Positions 1-10,204 of a DNA stretch of 52,189 nucleotides are shown here, one piece after another. The notes below the pieces were generated by a model. The model was not told the DNA's origin. It searched no databases and saw only the letters and a program-made list of their open reading frames with translations. Location: assembly GCA_017609985.1 (NCBI GenBank), contig JAFCCW010000003.1:1-52189 (forward strand). The letters run 5' to 3'. Within the stretch, counting starts at the first letter, position 1; each line of letters begins with the position of its first letter. This DNA comes from Candidatus Iainarchaeum sp. (GTDB taxonomy: Archaea > Iainarchaeota > Iainarchaeia > Iainarchaeales > JAFCCW01). Position numbers and translations under genes: made by a program.

Positions 1-2
1 TT

Positions 3-635
3 ATTGCCGGAGCAGGGCTTGCAGCAGCACTGCCTGGAGCGATTGCAGCGTTGACAATAAAGCCGGTTATTGGAATTCCAGTCAAGGGAAACTACAATGG
101 ATTAGATGCTTTTCTTAGCATTGCCCAGATGCCACCGGGCATTCCCGTGCTTGCGACAGGACCGGAGAAAGTGCGAGTAGCAGCAGACTATGCAGAAGCT
201 TTCATTAAAGGTTTTGAAAAAGTCTGCGTTGTCAAGCCAGAGGGAAGCGAGGCAAGGAAGAGACTGGAAAAATGCCTTGGAGTTCTTGAAGGTCTTGGAG
301 CAGACTATGCTGTGGAAAAAGAGGGAAGCAAGTGTGACGAGAAAAGCATTTTCATTGAATTTGTAGAGCTTGACGGAACTAAATTTTCACCGAAGAAAAA
401 CACTATTTATGTGCCTGTGAAAAAGGATGTGCAGGCAGAATATGCTGAAAAAGCAATGAAATTAGCTGAGCAAGGCGGGCTCTGGCTGGGAGTCGGCAGG
501 GCAGAGAATGCAGCAATTGCAGCAGTTCAGGTGCTGAACATTACGAGTAATTTTTCAAGCAAACTTCAGAAAGACAGAATTCAGGGAAGAAAAAAGACGC
601 TTGAAGCAGATGAAAAAGAAAAAAACAAAAATTAG
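3..635 (+). CDS. purE: PurE (AIR carboxylase/N5-CAIR mutase), 5'-truncated by the window, with a second degenerate PurE-like domain at the C-terminus
   Basis: Frame open from base 3: [27 protein letters not shown]...[19 protein letters not shown] matches PurE motifs; the C-terminal half ends in PurE-like [16 protein letters not shown]; adjacent to purC. Confidence 0.9.
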   Translation: MAGAGLAAALPGAIAALTIKPVIGIPVKGNYNGLDAFLSIAQMPPGIPVLATGPEKVRVAADYAEAFIKGFEKVCVVKPEGSEARKRLEKCLGVLEGLGADYAVEKEGSKCDEKSIFIEFVELDGTKFSPKKNTIYVPVKKDVQAEYAEKAMKLAEQGGLWLGVGRAENAAIAAVQVLNITSNFSSKLQKDRIQGRKKTLEADEKEKNKN

Positions 636-716
636 AAAAAAAAGGAAAAAAATTGCTGAAAGGCAGTGTGTGAAAGCCTTAAAAAAAGAAAAGACATGGT
701 AATTTGAGGTGGTTTA

Positions 717-1685
717 ATGGGAAGCGTAAAAGACTTGATTGTGAAAAAGCCAGCAACTGAAACAGAAATGGGGTTAGGAATATTCAAGTTTACAGACGAT
801 TACAGTGTTTTTGATTATGGAAAAATGCCGGACAAAATTCCCGGCAAAGGAGAAGCACTTTGCTCAATGGCTTCGTTCAACTTCAAGCAGTTAGCAGAAA
901 TTGGAATAAAAAACCATTTTATTTCACAGCCTGCACTGAATGAAATGGAAGTTTCCCTTGTTCGCGTCCTGTATCCCCAGAAGAACGAGATTGAAGACGA
1001 GAGCAAAAACTATCTTGTTCCCCTTGAAATAATGTTCAGAAATTCTCTTCCAGATGGAAGCAGCGTATTCAAAAGATTGAAATCAGGGCAGATTACTCCA
1101 GCAGACCTTGGGCTTGACGAAATGCCAAAACCAGGAATAAAACTAGAAAAACCAGTTTTTGATGTTTCAACAAAACTGGAAGAATTAACAGACAGGTATC
1201 TTTCCTGGGAAGAAGCAAGAGAGATGTCAAAGATTTCAGAAGAACAGATGGAAGAGCTGAAAGAGAAGGCACTCAAGATTAACTCGTTTCTTTCCAAACG
1301 AGCAGAAGAAATCGGGCTAGAGCACGCTGACGGAAAAGTAGAGTTTGGATTGAATCCTGAAAACGAGCTAGTGCTTGTTGACGTTGCAGGAACGCTTGAC
1401 GAAAACAGGTTTTTGTGGAATAAAGTGCACATAAGCAAGCAGGTAATCCGCGACTACTATAAGACGATTCCCTGGGCAGAAGAAGTCACTAAAGCAAAGA
1501 ACCAGGAGCTGAGCAAAGACACGTGGCCTGTTCCGCCAAAACTTCCAAGCGAACTGGTTGAGATTGTGAGCAACATGTACAAGAGTGTTGCAGAAGCATG
1601 GATTGGAGAGAAGCACTGGGGTGCGCCAAGCATTGAAGAGACAATGAATTCTTACAAGAGCTTTCTTGAGAATTTAGAAAAGTGA
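717..1685 (+). CDS. purC: SAICAR synthetase
   Basis: MGSVKDL N-terminus, FTDDYSVFDYG, PGKG, STKLE, ADGKVEFG, DENRF, SKQVIRDYY; RBS GAGGTGG at ~706-712. Confidence 0.95.
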   Translation: MGSVKDLIVKKPATETEMGLGIFKFTDDYSVFDYGKMPDKIPGKGEALCSMASFNFKQLAEIGIKNHFISQPALNEMEVSLVRVLYPQKNEIEDESKNYLVPLEIMFRNSLPDGSSVFKRLKSGQITPADLGLDEMPKPGIKLEKPVFDVSTKLEELTDRYLSWEEAREMSKISEEQMEELKEKALKINSFLSKRAEEIGLEHADGKVEFGLNPENELVLVDVAGTLDENRFLWNKVHISKQVIRDYYKTIPWAEEVTKAKNQELSKDTWPVPPKLPSELVEIVSNMYKSVAEAWIGEKHWGAPSIEETMNSYKSFLENLEK

Positions 1686-1689
1686 TTTC

Positions 1690-2407
1690 ATGCCGCCAAG
1701 GCGCCCTGCTGAAGTGCATCTCGGAATCAAAAGAAGCGATGTTGATAGAAAAAAAGGACTCAAAGAAAGAGCAAAAAAATTTCCTGACACTGATTTTCAC
1801 GGAATTGGACTTGAGGCAAAACCCCTCAACAAGAGAGACAGAAAAAAAACACCCAAACCTGTTTCTTCACAGAAAAGACGCAATTGAGCATTTGAAAGCA
1901 CTGGGTGATAAAATCGTTGACCACATAAACATACAGTTTCTTTTATGCAATCTAGGGTCAAATTCTGCAAGAGACGAACTAATGCGTGAACTTTCAAGAG
2001 TTCTTTCCGATAATGGAACAATGGAAATAATGAGCTATCAGACTTTTGCTGATTTGACTCAGAAATTGATTGAAAGCCATGGGTTCATAGGTGCTGGTTC
2101 TGTTCCAACTGAAGAGGCTCTAAAGTGAGGAAGAGCAAGCGACTATACCAGACGAGCAAATTTTGTTTCAGGAAAAGGAATGCGTGGAAAAAAACCATTT
2201 CTATTTCTTTGCAGAAAAGGGTATGTTAAACAAAAAGGGAAAAAGCTAGAATTATGGGCTGGCGGAAAATTAAGAGCCGCAATAGATGGAAAAAGTTCAC
2301 CAATTTCTCCTGAAAAAGACCAGAGAAGAATTGACGAAGAACTCAGAGCCGAGATTTTTAAAGTATTGGATGAACTTGGAAGAGATATAGCTAAAAGAAA
2401 CATTTAA
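1690..2407 (+). pseudogene. Disrupted orphan class I SAM-methyltransferase-like gene (frameshift in A8 run 1842-1849 and in-frame TGA at 2126-2128)
   Basis: ORF 1690 (MPPRRPAEVHLG...KFPDTDFHGIGL) joins, on removal of one A, the frame reading HPNLFLHRKDAIEHL...VDHINIQF...ELSRVLSDNG (TrmB-like succession of motifs). That frame continues without another stop past TGA 2126-2128 into ORF 2180-2407. Confidence 0.6.
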
Positions 2408-2427
2408 TAAAAAGAATTTCATTCAAT

Positions 2428-3775
2428 ATGTTCGTGAGCACTGTGAAAAAAGACTACTTTGACTGCATCTCCCCGCTTGACTACAGATATTATGGCAGGG
2501 GAAAAGACTTTGAAAAAATGAAGAAATTTCTTTCAGAAAATGCACGCATTAAATACCAAGCAAGGGTTGAAGCAGCTCTTGTGAAAGCTCTCTCAAAACA
2601 GGGAATTTGTTCAAAGGAAACAGCAAAAGAAATCGGAAAAGCCTCTGGACAGGTTAGTGCAGAAGAAGTTTATGCAGAAGAGGACAGAATAAAGCACGAT
2701 GTCAGGGCGCTTGCAAACTGCATCAGAAAAAATGTTTCAGACAAGGCAAAGCCATTTGTGCACTTTGGAGCAACATCCTATGACATCGTGGATACATCAA
2801 GCGCGCTCAGGTACAAGGAGGCAACAGAGCAGATTGTTCTGCCAGCATTGATTGACTTTGAAAAAACACTTATAAAAATTGCTTTGAGGGAAAAGGCAAC
2901 GCTTCAGATTGGAAGAACCCATGGCCAGCACGCAGAGCCAATAACCTTCGGCTTTGCAATAGCAGGATATGTAAGCAGGCTTGGAAGCAGGATAAAAGAA
3001 ATAGAGCGAGCAAAAAACAATCTCTCAGGAAAGTTTTCAGGAGCAGTCGGAGCATACAACGCAAGCTCCCTGATTGTGAAAGACCCGATTAAACTTGAAA
3101 AAGATATAATGGAAGAACTGGGATTGAAGATTAGCAAGTCTTCAACACAGATTGTGGAACCGGAAACACTGGTTGACCTTGTTCACTCAATGAACTCTGC
3201 TTTCGGTGTTCTAGCAAACTTTGCAGACGACATGAGACAGTTGCAGAGAAGCGAAATAAATGAGATAGCAGAAGCTTTTGAAAGCCAGCAGGTTGGCAGC
3301 AGCACAATGCCGCACAAGAGAAACCCGATAAATTTTGAAAATGTGAAAAGCTTTTACAAACAGTTCCTTCCAAGGTCAATGACTGTTTACCTTGACCAGA
3401 TTTCAGAGCATCAGAGAGACTTGACAAACTCTGCTTCTCAAAGGTTTGTGCCAGAGATTCTCGCAGGTCTTGCTCTATCAGCAAAGAGACTAAACAGGGT
3501 CTGTGGAAATCTTGTTGTTGACAAGGAAGCAATGCAAAAAAACTTTGATTTGAATGCTGGGATGGTTTCAGCAGAAGCAATTGACTCTTAAATCGCAGAA
3601 GATGGGAAAAGAACTGCTGGAGCTTGCACAGGAAGACAAGAAGGTCGGAAAGTTTTTGCAAAAGTTTTCCAAGCAAGAGCTTGACATCGTAAGCAACCCA
3701 GAGCACTACACTGGACTAGCTGAAAAGAAGACAGAAATGCTGTGCAAGGAATGGAAGAAAGAGCTTGGATTGTGA
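2428..3775 (+). pseudogene. purB: Adenylosuccinate lyase, frameshifted near 3575-3590 (ORF 2428-3591 plus C-terminal piece ending at 3775)
   Basis: GATSYDI, GRTHGQHA and GSSTMPHKRNP fumarase/ASL signatures; C-terminal helical domain (QLTLKSQ...NPEHYTGLA) is in another frame; real lesion or assembly error. Confidence 0.85.
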
Positions 3776-3784
3776 ACTTTTTGA

Positions 3785-4255
3785 TTAACTAAAAAGTAGC
3801 AGAGCAGTAAATACAGTATGTGCTAAATATGCAGGAAACAAATTTCTCTCACACTTTAGATATAGTAAGCCATAGAACAGACCGCCAATAAAAACTAGTG
3901 CAGTTAAGCCCAAAATTTCCTATGATGCAAACTTGCAAACACCAGCGATTGAATTATCAAACTGGTCACAATCCATTTCTTTCCTAAAATTATATTTTGA
4001 TTTTTTTCAATTATTTTCGGCAGTTTATTTAACAAAACAAAATCCAACAGCACAAATCTAAAAATAATTTCTTCTAGGAGTGAAAAAACTAAAATCCCAA
4101 TTATAAAAAAAGGAATCAGCGAAGGGATAAACTCAGATTGTTTGAAAAAAAACATCATGAATCCCATAAAGGAAAAATGCTACTGTCAAAGCCAGCCCAA
4201 ACACTCTCAACGAAAAAGAAATATTCAAATTCGAGTCAGATACTTTGAATTTCAT
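3785..4255 (-). pseudogene. CPBP (CAAX protease/Abi) family intramembrane metalloprotease with two frameshifts
   Basis: Three consecutive pieces in different frames: MKFKVSD...YGIHDVFF (ATG 4255, shift in T8 run ~4145-4152); LLEEIIFR...FASLH (EExxxR and FxxxH motifs); then EILGLTALVFIGGLFYGLLYLKCERNLFPAYLAHTVF...* (final His motif; shift near 3920). Confidence 0.75.
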
Positions 4256-4392
4256 TGATTAAACACAATAAGCATACTCAGAATTATCATTAAAAATAGT
4301 TCACTGGAACTGCGGAGTCTCGGCACGTTTTTAAATGACGAGAACGTACTTGTATTGAGCAGGTTAGAAGAGCCAAAGGAGTTGGTTAAGAA

Positions 4393-5283
4393 ATGAATAA
4401 TTTAAATAGTGTTGGAACACAATGTCTTATTACTAACCAGAACAGAAATTATACAGAGGCGATTTTAATCGTTAAAGCAACACCGTTTGTTAAATGGGCT
4501 GGAGGAAAAAGACAATTACTTAGTGAATTAGACTATTCTTTGCCGAAAACATTTAACAACTATTTTGAACCGTTTGTCGGAGGAGGCGCATTGTTTTTTC
4601 ATTTAAAATCAAAAAGAATAGTTAATAAGGCTATTCTGAACGATTATAATCCTGATTTAGTGGGCGTTTACAAAATTGTAAAAAATGACGTGAATGCATT
4701 GATTAAGGAACTTGCTTCTCTAAAATACAAAAACAATGAAGAAACATTTTATCAAATCCGAAAAGAACAACCAAGCCAACCAGTTAAGAAAGCTGCTCAA
4801 TTTTTATATTTGAATAAAACTGCTTTCAATGGATTATATAGAGTTAATTCGAAAGGTAAATTTAATGTTCCTTTTGGAAAATATAAAAATCCAAAGATTT
4901 TAGATGAAAAAAACCTGCTTGCAGTCAGCAAAGCTTTGCAGATTGGTGAAATAACTTGTTTAGATTTTGAACAAGCCATTGAAAAAGCAAAGAAAGAAGA
5001 TTTTGTTTATTTTGACCCCCCTTATCAACCAATTTCCAAGACCTCAAATTTTACAAGTTATACTACAAAAGATTTTACTGAAAAAGACCAAGAACGTTTA
5101 TCACAATGTTTTAAGAAACTCGATAAAAAAGGTTGTTTTGTCATGCTAAGCAATTCTTATGTGCCTTTAATTAAAGAGCTTTATAAAGAATTTAATCAAA
5201 AGATTGTTATGGCTGGCAGAACAATAAATTGTAATGGTAACGGCAGAGGAAAAATTAAAGAATTATTGATAACAAATTATTAG
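4393..5283 (+). CDS. dam: Dam/DpnII-like (D12 class) N6-adenine DNA methyltransferase
   Basis: PFVKWAGGK, EPFVGGGA, LYLNKTAFNGLYRVN, DPPY motifs; true start uncertain (may lie near 4462-4470). Confidence 0.92.
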   Translation: MNNLNSVGTQCLITNQNRNYTEAILIVKATPFVKWAGGKRQLLSELDYSLPKTFNNYFEPFVGGGALFFHLKSKRIVNKAILNDYNPDLVGVYKIVKNDVNALIKELASLKYKNNEETFYQIRKEQPSQPVKKAAQFLYLNKTAFNGLYRVNSKGKFNVPFGKYKNPKILDEKNLLAVSKALQIGEITCLDFEQAIEKAKKEDFVYFDPPYQPISKTSNFTSYTTKDFTEKDQERLSQCFKKLDKKGCFVMLSNSYVPLIKELYKEFNQKIVMAGRTINCNGNGRGKIKELLITNY

Positions 5284-5291
5284 AGATTTAA

Positions 5292-5498
5292 ATGGTAAAT
5301 TATGAAAGTAATCGAACAGTTAATCAAAAGCACACGGTAAAATTTGAAAGAACTAAGCGATTAGAACAGGCTGAGAACTCCGGCTTCCCAAACTGCAAAG
5401 GATTATATCCTGATTGCCCTGAAGTTCCAAGCAAAAACAACCCTATGTGTAGAACTTGCCCCATATTAGAGGAATTAAAAGAATCATCAAAGCCATAA
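5292..5498 (+). CDS. Small hypothetical protein with four Cys (possible metal binding)
   Basis: 68 aa ORF 8 nt after dam; C-x6-C...C-x2-C. Confidence 0.55.
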   Translation: MVNYESNRTVNQKHTVKFERTKRLEQAENSGFPNCKGLYPDCPEVPSKNNPMCRTCPILEELKESSKP

Positions 5499-5500
5499 AA

Positions 5501-6025
5501 TTATCTTCCAATTTGAGTTGCTTTGCTGACAATCACAAAAATCTCTTTTTCTTCAATCATCGCATCCATTAACTCTCTGAAAACTCTTGCTGGCTTTTCA
5601 GGAGGCGTATTTTTTTCCATTTTAATCATAAGCTCTATAAGATGTCCGATAAAATCAACCTTATATTCTCCATATTGATTTAATTTCCCAAAACGCTTTA
5701 GTTTTGTGTCAGTAGTTTCTTTAAGCTCGCAATTTTTTCTGTCATCCTTGCTCTTAAAAGCATCAACCCTCTCATACATATCTCGTAAGTAGTTCATAAA
5801 TTCCAAAGTAAGCACTCGATTATGCTCTTTTTTAATAAGTAAATCAATAACCCAATGAATGTGTTTTGGGGTTCTTAAACGCTTGCCTATCTCTTGATAT
5901 TTTATGAGAATATCATGATCTGGATTTGCCCCCCTATTACCCTCAAAAACTCCAATAACGGTGCCATCCTGCAATTTGATTTCCTTTATTGATTGATGCT
6001 CTTTGCCATCTTTATTAAATTTCAT
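5501..6025 (-). CDS. Hypothetical protein in the low-GC island
   Basis: Uninterrupted ORF (ATG at 6025 or 6049) with no overlapping competitor; no motif recognised. Confidence 0.7.
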   Translation of the reverse strand: MKFNKDGKEHQSIKEIKLQDGTVIGVFEGNRGANPDHDILIKYQEIGKRLRTPKHIHWVIDLLIKKEHNRVLTLEFMNYLRDMYERVDAFKSKDDRKNCELKETTDTKLKRFGKLNQYGEYKVDFIGHLIELMIKMEKNTPPEKPARVFRELMDAMIEEKEIFVIVSKATQIGR

Positions 6026-6201
6026 ACAAAAACTAATGTACAAAAACATTAATTAAGATACAGGATACAATTAATATCCAAAGGTTTTCAATGAACTAGT
6101 GCAAACACACAACAAATCCAATAGCATTATGTTCATATTAAAACAGGCATTCAACAGTCAGTAGCTAACTATTTTAATTAATTCCCCTCTTGATTCATAT
6201 T

Positions 6202-7593
6202 ATGTTAAAAGTCCATAACACTCTGTCACGGTCAAAGGAAGAATTCAAGCCGTTAAAAGGCAAGGCTGTGGGAATGTATATCTGCGGTCCGACTGTTCAG
6301 GGGCCTCCGCACATTGGTCACGCGCGAACATATGTTGCATTCGATTTCATCAGAAGATATCTTGAATGGAAGGGTTTCAAGGTAAAGTATGTCATGAACA
6401 TTACTGATGTTCACGACGACATCATCTCCAAGTCAAACGAATTAGGAATTGACTGGAAAGAATTAGCAGAGAAGAACACAAAGCTTTTCTTCAAAGAGCT
6501 TGATGGACTGCACGTTAAAAAAGCAGACAGCTATCCCTCTGTTTCAGGGCACATTAAAGAGATAATCGAGCTAGTGAAAAAGCTTGAAGAAAAAGGAATT
6601 GCTTACGAGACAGATGACGGAGTCTATTATAACATTAGCAAGTTTCCAGAATATGGAAAACTCTCAGGAATAAAGATTGACAAAAGCAAGACTGGAACAA
6701 GAGTGGAGACAGACAAGTACGACAAAGAAAATGCACAGGACTTTGCTTTATGGAAAAAAGCTAGAGAAGGAGAACCAAGCTGGGACAGCCCATGGGGCAA
6801 GGGAAGACCAGGCTGGCACATTGAATGCAGTGCAATGGGGGGAAAGCATCTTGGTGAACAGTTTGATGTTCACGGCGGAGCAGTAGATTTAGTGTTTCCG
6901 CACCATGAAAACGAGATAGCTCAGAGCGAGGGGGCAAGCGGGAAGAAACCGTTTGTAAAGTACTGGCTGCACTCTGGTTTCCTGAACGTGGAAGGAGAAA
7001 AGATGAGCAAGAGCTTGGGCAACTATATTGAGGTGCCTGAATTGCTGGAAAAATATAATCCAAAGGTTTTCAGATTCTTTGTTGCAGGCCTGCATTACAG
7101 GAGCAGAATTGATTTTTCAGAAAAAGCAATGGAGGAAGCAAAGGCTGGGCTGGAGAGATTCAACAGATTAATTGAAGCATTGCAAGAAGCAAATGGCAAG
7201 GATTCAGGAGAGATGAAGAAGCTTGTGGAAAAGGCAAAGACTGGATTTGAAAAAGCAATGGACAACGACTTTGACCTGCCGAGTGCATGGGCAAAGCTTT
7301 ACGATTTTGTGAGGGATGTGAACAAACTAATTGCAGAAAACAAAGTGGGAAACAAGGATAGTGAAATTGCTTTGAAATTCATGAAAGAGCTTGACAAAAT
7401 TTTTGAAGTTTTTTCCTTTGAACAGAAAAGCGGAACATTGACTGAGGAAGAGGAAAACCTGCTGGAAGAAAGAGAAAAAGCGAGGCAAGAAAAAGACTGG
7501 GCAAAGGCAGATGAGCTACGAGACAAGCTTGCTGAGAAAGGAATAGAGCTGACTGATTCTGCTGAAGGAACCAAGTGGAAGAAGACAGAGTAA
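6202..7593 (+). CDS. cysS: Cysteine--tRNA ligase
   Basis: CGPTV, HIGH, DFALWK, GRPGWHIECSAM, FPHHENE, KMSKS motifs. Confidence 0.98.
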   Translation: MLKVHNTLSRSKEEFKPLKGKAVGMYICGPTVQGPPHIGHARTYVAFDFIRRYLEWKGFKVKYVMNITDVHDDIISKSNELGIDWKELAEKNTKLFFKELDGLHVKKADSYPSVSGHIKEIIELVKKLEEKGIAYETDDGVYYNISKFPEYGKLSGIKIDKSKTGTRVETDKYDKENAQDFALWKKAREGEPSWDSPWGKGRPGWHIECSAMGGKHLGEQFDVHGGAVDLVFPHHENEIAQSEGASGKKPFVKYWLHSGFLNVEGEKMSKSLGNYIEVPELLEKYNPKVFRFFVAGLHYRSRIDFSEKAMEEAKAGLERFNRLIEALQEANGKDSGEMKKLVEKAKTGFEKAMDNDFDLPSAWAKLYDFVRDVNKLIAENKVGNKDSEIALKFMKELDKIFEVFSFEQKSGTLTEEEENLLEEREKARQEKDWAKADELRDKLAEKGIELTDSAEGTKWKKTE

Positions 7594-7627
7594 TGCTTAA
7601 ATACTCAAATACACTAATTATCAGATT

Positions 7628-9403
7628 ATGTCTCTGGAAACAGCGCTTCTGATAGATTTAGCCAAGATTGTTGTAGCAGCAACAGTAATGAACTACATAG
7701 TCAGGATATTCAAACAGCCGTCCCTGCTTGGATACATTCTTGCAGGAATCATCATGGGCCCTATTGTACTAGGTTCAATGGTTTTTCCTTTCGGAGACGG
7801 AGTGATTACCCTTGGAATTCCAAATATTGAAGAAATAATTATTCTCTCAGAACTTGGAATTGCTTTCCTGCTTTTCTCGATTGGAATTGAAACAGATTTT
7901 TCAAGGCTAATCAGCATGGGAAAAACCGTGGTCATCGGAGGAACACTGCAGGTATTAGTTATCATTGCATCAGTCATTGGACTTTCAGAAGTCTTTGGAA
8001 TTCTTTCATTTGAGCAATCTGTTTTCATCGGAGTAATTCTCGCATTCTCATCCACAATGGTTGTAGTCAAGCAGTTGTCAGACTCGTTTCAGATAAACAC
8101 GCTTCACGGAAGGCTAATGGTTGGCTTTTTGATTCTTCAGGATATTCTAGTGGTTTTTGCAATTCCTCTCCTTCAGAATCTTGGAGCAGACGGAAGCTCG
8201 AATTTTTTCGGCATAATTTTGAACAGCGCAATTCTCATAATTTCTGCAGTCTTGCTGAATAAATATATTTTTCCGAGACTTTACAGGTTTTCACTCAAGT
8301 ACAGTGAGCTTTTTTATCTGACAGCTGTTTCAAATTGTTTTGTTTTTATTCAGCTCTCTCTTTTCCTTGGAATTCCAATTGCGATTGGGGCATTTTTCTC
8401 AGGACTTGCACTTTCAACTCTACCTTACAATATTGAAATATTCAGCAAGATAAGGGGGCTGAGAGATTTCTTTGTCACAATATTTTTTGTGACTCTGGGA
8501 ATGCAGTTAACCTTCAATTTTGGAGCATTTCCCATTGGCCTGCTGTTAATGATTGTGGGAATAGTGTTTATCCTAAAACCGCTTGCATTCTATCTTGTTT
8601 CTCTTGGAAGCGGTTTTGGAAGCAGGGTTTCATTCCTTGTTGCTGCCGGGCTTGCGCAGGTTAGTGAATTTTCTTTTATTCTTGCAGGCCAGGGAAGAAA
8701 TGCAGGAATTTTATCAGCAGACCTTTTTTCATTGCTTGTTTTTGTGATAGCTGTTTCAATGGTTATAACTCCGTACATGTTCAATTATTCAAACAGAGCA
8801 TATTCTTTGTTTTCCCGAATTTCAGAAAAAATTCCAAGAAAACTAAAGCACAAAAGATTTTCAAGCAGAATCAAAAAGCTTGAGAAAGTACCTGTTGAAC
8901 TTAAAGACCACGTGATAATCATTGGAGGCGGAACCACCGGGTATGGTATTGCAGCTTCCCTAAAGGGAAATGTACCGCTTGTGATTGTGGACCATGATTC
9001 AGAGGTTATCACATCGTGCATAAACAAGGGATTCAACGCAGTTTACGGAGCAGCAGACTCGGAAGAAATCATGGAAAAAATAAATCTAAAAGATGCAAAA
9101 CTTTTAGTGATTGCAATTCCAGATATCAAGAGTGCGATATTTTTAGCAGACCTTGCAAACAAGACAAATCCCAAGCTTGTTGTATTTGCAAGAGCTCACT
9201 ATTATAGAAATGCTCTCAGACTCTATCAAAACAATGTAGACTTTGTTGTTTTGCCTCACGTCATCGGAGCAAACGTTTTCTTGGAAAAGGTTGCCGAATT
9301 CCTAGAAACAGGAAAACTGTATCATGTTAGCAACTTGAAAAGTGAGTTTATAAAATTCCTTGAAGAAAAGAGTGCAGAAGAGCAGGAACATTTTGGACTT
9401 TAA
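7628..9403 (+). CDS. CPA2-family cation:proton antiporter (Kef-type) with C-terminal TrkA-N/KTN domain
   Basis: About 12-13 hydrophobic segments, LAFSST, ILQD, LAQVSEFSF; C-terminal HVIIIGGGTTG Rossmann motif. Confidence 0.9.
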   Translation: MSLETALLIDLAKIVVAATVMNYIVRIFKQPSLLGYILAGIIMGPIVLGSMVFPFGDGVITLGIPNIEEIIILSELGIAFLLFSIGIETDFSRLISMGKTVVIGGTLQVLVIIASVIGLSEVFGILSFEQSVFIGVILAFSSTMVVVKQLSDSFQINTLHGRLMVGFLILQDILVVFAIPLLQNLGADGSSNFFGIILNSAILIISAVLLNKYIFPRLYRFSLKYSELFYLTAVSNCFVFIQLSLFLGIPIAIGAFFSGLALSTLPYNIEIFSKIRGLRDFFVTIFFVTLGMQLTFNFGAFPIGLLLMIVGIVFILKPLAFYLVSLGSGFGSRVSFLVAAGLAQVSEFSFILAGQGRNAGILSADLFSLLVFVIAVSMVITPYMFNYSNRAYSLFSRISEKIPRKLKHKRFSSRIKKLEKVPVELKDHVIIIGGGTTGYGIAASLKGNVPLVIVDHDSEVITSCINKGFNAVYGAADSEEIMEKINLKDAKLLVIAIPDIKSAIFLADLANKTNPKLVVFARAHYYRNALRLYQNNVDFVVLPHVIGANVFLEKVAEFLETGKLYHVSNLKSEFIKFLEEKSAEEQEHFGL

Positions 9404-9405
9404 GT

Positions 9406-10086
9406 TTAATTAGCCAACCGCTTCTGAACAGCCTCGCTCTTCAATTCCCGCAATGCATCTCCAGCAATCCATTTGGCTGATGGGGTGCCCTGTTTTTTTA
9501 TTCTCTTGGCAGAAGCAATTGCTTTTTTGTTGAGTGCAGGGTTTCTCTTTCCAATCTGTCTCAAAGCCCAGTTGACTGACTTCTTCACCATTAACCGTTC
9601 ATCGCAAGCATGCTGTTCAAGCAATGGAATAAATTCTTCCAGCTTGCTGTTTTTTGCCTGCTTGTCTTTCCAGGCGAGAACAGCCAGCAGAGCAAAGCCA
9701 GCTCGCTTTTCAAACTCTTCTTTTCTTGAAGTCCACTCTCTTGCTTTCTCGTAAGCAAAGGGAAGCTTCCAGAAAAGATTCAGGCAACATTGATCACACA
9801 GTGCCCAGTTATCAAAATTCTTAATCCAAGAATCCGCATCTTTCTCCGTAAATTTTTCAGGATTCGCAATAATTGAGGCAACAAGTCTTGACTCTATTGA
9901 ATCAATAGCCCATAACTGGAGAGCAAGCTCGTGATCTTCTCCGATTTCTTTTGCAAGCTTTCTCAAATCAGGCATGCTTACGCCATAAATTTTGCTCTTA
10001 GAGGTTATTCCAAACCTAGCCATTCCCTCTGCATTTTTTTGGTCAGAAAGAGACTTGATTTTGTCAACTACTTGAGCTAAATTCAT
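9406..10086 (-). CDS. DNA alkylation repair protein (AlkD-like HEAT-repeat family)
   Basis: YGVSMPDLRKLAK, FDNWALCD, DERLMVKKSVNWALRQIGKRN. Confidence 0.9.
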   Translation of the reverse strand: MNLAQVVDKIKSLSDQKNAEGMARFGITSKSKIYGVSMPDLRKLAKEIGEDHELALQLWAIDSIESRLVASIIANPEKFTEKDADSWIKNFDNWALCDQCCLNLFWKLPFAYEKAREWTSRKEEFEKRAGFALLAVLAWKDKQAKNSKLEEFIPLLEQHACDERLMVKKSVNWALRQIGKRNPALNKKAIASAKRIKKQGTPSAKWIAGDALRELKSEAVQKRLAN

Positions 10087-10204
10087 TTTTTTTCACAACC
10101 TTGTTTTTATGATAATTTGCTAAGAAATTTAACACAGCAAAACAAGCACATCAAATAAAAAAGTAAAGCAAACGCTTAAAAACACAAGAATGATTAATTA
10201 TAAT

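Noticed and set aside
2126-2128. In-frame TGA as selenocysteine or genome-wide TGA recoding
   Set aside because: TGA ends many intact genes here (purC, cimA, aroA, cmk); there is no redox motif or evident SECIS, and the same gene also has a frameshift
4300-4396. Open stretch ELRSLGTFLNDENVLVLSRLEEPKELVKK* as a remnant of a mobile-element gene
   Set aside because: No start codon or recognisable motif; too short to support a call
5501-6049. Cognate restriction endonuclease for the Dam-like methylase
   Set aside because: No PD-(D/E)xK, HNH or GIY-YIG motif recognised; left as hypothetical
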